NCBI GenBank assembly: GCA_964016885.1
Contig: OZ024741.1
Span: 87,792,001-87,856,000 of the forward strand
Origin: Eledone cirrhosa
Lineage: Eukaryota
Direction of reading: 5' to 3'
Length of the DNA: 64,000 nt
Shown here piece after piece: positions 60,913-64,000 of this stretch. Both the position numbers and the translations under genes were made by a program. Numbering within the stretch: position 1 is the first letter of the stretch; each line of letters opens with the position of its first letter. The notes below the pieces were generated by a model. It was given only the letters and a program-made list of their open reading frames with translations. It searched no databases and was not told the DNA's origin.

Positions 60913-63810
60913 TAACAGATTAAAGTTTAAGCAAAGAATTGCTGCTTTCACCCTTAACGGGATCTTCTGAAACTAACAAAGTCAATCTGTAAACGCAGAA
61001 GTGGATATTTCAAAAAACGTTGCAACCGGAGGAAGACAGGAAGACGATACTTTGGTTCGTGGTAACGTTCGCTGGCAAAGAACGGGAAAAAACGAATATA
61101 AACGTCATTAATAGGAGCGGTGAAAAACAATTACGCGCAAAGACAGAACCACGTTTATGGTATAAAAGAGGTCGTAGACTAATGTTCTCTTAGGTGGTTC
61201 ACAGAGACGTTCTCTGGCAATGAACGAAAAAAACGAAGATAATACGTCATATGTGGATCGTGGAGAAGAATAGCACGCAAAGACAAAACCACGTAAATGG
61301 TATAGCAGAAGTCGTAGACTAAAATTCTAACTAGGAGACCGAATGAATCTCCGCTACAGAGTTAAGAACAAAGTAAATAAATACAATACAGAAGTAATAG
61401 AAATAAATAAATACATACACGCAAACAAATACGTACATACACAAGCATACGCAAAACACTTACCATAGGTATACAAAACCACGCACATATAAATATATGT
61501 GTGTGTGTATGCGTGTATACGAATAAATAAATAATTAAGTAATTAAATAAACGTATATAAATAAATAAATACGTATATAGCAAGCGCACACACATGCCTA
61601 CATGTAAATACACAAATGTTCGGAGACGTAAGTCAACCAAAACATGAAGTACACATATACACACACCATACATACGTACGAACCTGCATACTCACACAGA
61701 CGCAAAACTCCCATATACACAAAGCCAAACCATATGTACCAGAATATATAAAATTATACGCCATAACATAAACAATCAAATATACGTACGAGAAGGTATA
61801 CGTACCTTCACAAAACATACGGGTAATATATACTTACCTATGCAAATAAGTAATGGTATAAACAAAACATATACTTAGCTCCCACATCAAGACGTAAAAT
61901 ATCCACGTATAGATCGTACTATCCGTTAGGGTATAACGTGGGGCTGTAATACAGGAAAGTTTTGTGCAATTTATGTTTACAAGCCGAAATTGCCTCAGAT
62001 TTTTTGTTTAAGATGTGGTCTGTGGCGTAGAGTATTTCCAGGGCCTCAGCGGCGCAAAGGTCCTATGGTCTTTTATTTCCGTTATACGATCTAGCCCTAT
62101 CTAGGATCTCCCACTGTAACTTATATTGGGTGTGGTTGTCTTTTAGACTCCAGATATAAGCTGAAAGTGACGTCATATTCCTTCTTAGAGGGTAACGAAA
62201 AGAATGGGTATGCATGTAAAGACGCTGCTTGAATCTATTGGCGGTTAACCCTATGTAGGCCCTACTGGGCGTGGGTGTTACAACCTTACATTTGTAGACA
62301 ATGTTACTAGAGAGGCATTTCCCGGATAGGGGGCAATCAACCCGATTCCTACAATTACAGTTAGTACTAACTACAGGGCTGCACATGTTCCTACGGCTTG
62401 GTAGTTTAGCTAAATTTGAAGCTGTGATGTTATGTGCAAGGTTAGGAGTCGTAGAGTAAGAAATTTTAATAGTATTTCTATTAAAAATTTTACTATATTT
62501 ATGTGTAGGGGGAAAATGCTTCGTAATAAGGGAAAGAAAGATCTTAGCTAATGTGTGGCGACCTCCATATTATATGGTGGGTTATACCAACAAATGCGAC
62601 GGCATCTATTTCTTCTAGGTCTATTTTCGTACTCTGTATATGCTATCTTATCGACAAATCCACTTCGAGCAAGAGCTTCATTGTAATAAGTGGAATGGTC
62701 GTTGAAAATACGCTCGTTGGTGGAAAGACGGGAAAGCCTCAACGAAACGTTTCTTACCAGGTTCTTGGTTATGCTGGCAGGATGGTTGGAATGCTTACTT
62801 ATGTAATTAAGCGTATCATTCGGCTTTCTATACGGGTAATACAACCCATTCAATAAATTGAGGGTAACGTCGAGGTAATTAACGACCGAGAGATTGGCCT
62901 CAACCTGTCTAGAGAGGTTGAAGCCTTTAAAGAAGGCTGTGAGTTCTTTTCTGAACCTGTCGCAAGCGCGAGGTCCGCACTTAGTCATGGTCAAAAGACG
63001 ATCGTCACGGTACAAACCACCGCCCGCGTTGGGGAATTCATCCTTGATAGAGAAAAGAAGGAAAAGGCCGATAAGATCAGTAACCTCCGCAGAATGACTG
63101 GCGCCCATACTCACGTCGAATGAGGTACTATTGGATTTTTTAATCCAAATAGAGTCGTCGAAATTAATCACCGACTTTCGGGCATTGAGGATGACATCAA
63201 CTTCGAAATCCTTAACCACTGTGAGTGTTTTAGCGAAATTGATAGCTCTAAGGAGAAGTGGTAAAGTGATGGAGGAGTAGTAATTGTTGATGTCGAATTG
63301 GATAAAACGGCAATGTTCCTTGTTACATATGCCGTTGATCCAATCAATCACCGCGAAAGAATTGTTCCACAGTGCAAGAGGGGCCAAACTTCTAATTTCA
63401 GGTATAATTCTATCAAGAATCGTTTTACTAAGTCTGCCTAAATCGGACTTCGTAGGGTTAATAAGCCGAATAGAGGGGTTGTTCTGAAAATTGGATTTGT
63501 GATCCTTCAGGGTAAAGTGGGGAGAAATAGGGTCCAGAGGTTCGGTCCGGTCCAGGATGTTGAGATCAGATGTGATTTTAAACCCAGCATCGTTGATTTC
63601 ATTGATGACGCACCGATTAGTTTTACGGTAATCCTTAGTTACAGCATTATGTAGTAGTTGATGGTAAGTACTGCGTTCCACTTGATATAGGTTGCCAGTT
63701 TTGTCGGAATGGACGTGCACGGCATTAGAATCCTTAATAGAACGAATTCTATTCTTCAGGTCTTGCTGGAAGGAATTGCTCCTATTCCGAAATTTGATAC
63801 TCCGAATGAG

Positions 63811-63813
<3 letters not shown>
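60905..63813 (-). mobile_element. Penelope-like element (Naiad-like), 5'-truncated, same family as 36866-40120
   Basis: RT (DKTGNLY, IQFDINNYY, MGASHS, LYRDD, YLDVTL, WYNPPY) plus GIY-YIG (CNCRNRVDCPL, IVYKC, AYIGLT); premature stops; both ends in (AT)n; family H HHR in sense orientation at the 3' end. Confidence 0.93.
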
Positions 63814-63851
<38 letters not shown>

Positions 63852-63924
63852 CCTTACCCTCTCTTTTACGCCTCCTGTAGATATTCCACCAACGCTGTCT
63901 GCGCACTATATTAAATATATTTAA

Positions 63925-64000
<76 letters not shown>

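Noticed and set aside
62063-62065. Selenocysteine recoding as reported for some Naiad PLEs
   Set aside because: The in-frame stop at the Cys position is TAG, not TGA, and the sister copy has TGT
63814-63906. N-terminus of the 452-aa ORF
   Set aside because: Reads through (AT)n and flanking DNA; the PLE is truncated at ~63813

Overview
AT-rich animal DNA, probably an octopod cephalopod (inferred only from the SINE and microsatellite content), with no recognisable intact host gene. Almost all short ORFs in the track are translations of (AT)n/(GT)n/(ATGT)n microsatellites. The real content is a dense transposon landscape: Penelope-like elements (PLEs, RT + C-terminal GIY-YIG, Naiad-like, inserted in (AT)n), CRE-, R4/Dong-, RTE- and RTE-X-type LINE relics, many tRNA-derived SINEs, a Merlin-type MITE, a Helitron-like end and a Transib-like relic. 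The main hidden signal is structural. By manual folding I find about 26 type I hammerhead ribozyme (HHR) motifs in about 12 sequence families, several of them degenerate. They include a ~428-bp tandem non-coding HHR repeat (retrozyme-like) at four loci, PLE pLTR hammerheads with non-canonical cores (CAGAAGA, CCGAUGA), and small fold-back cassettes carrying two divergently oriented hammerheads. All folds are by eye and activity is untested.
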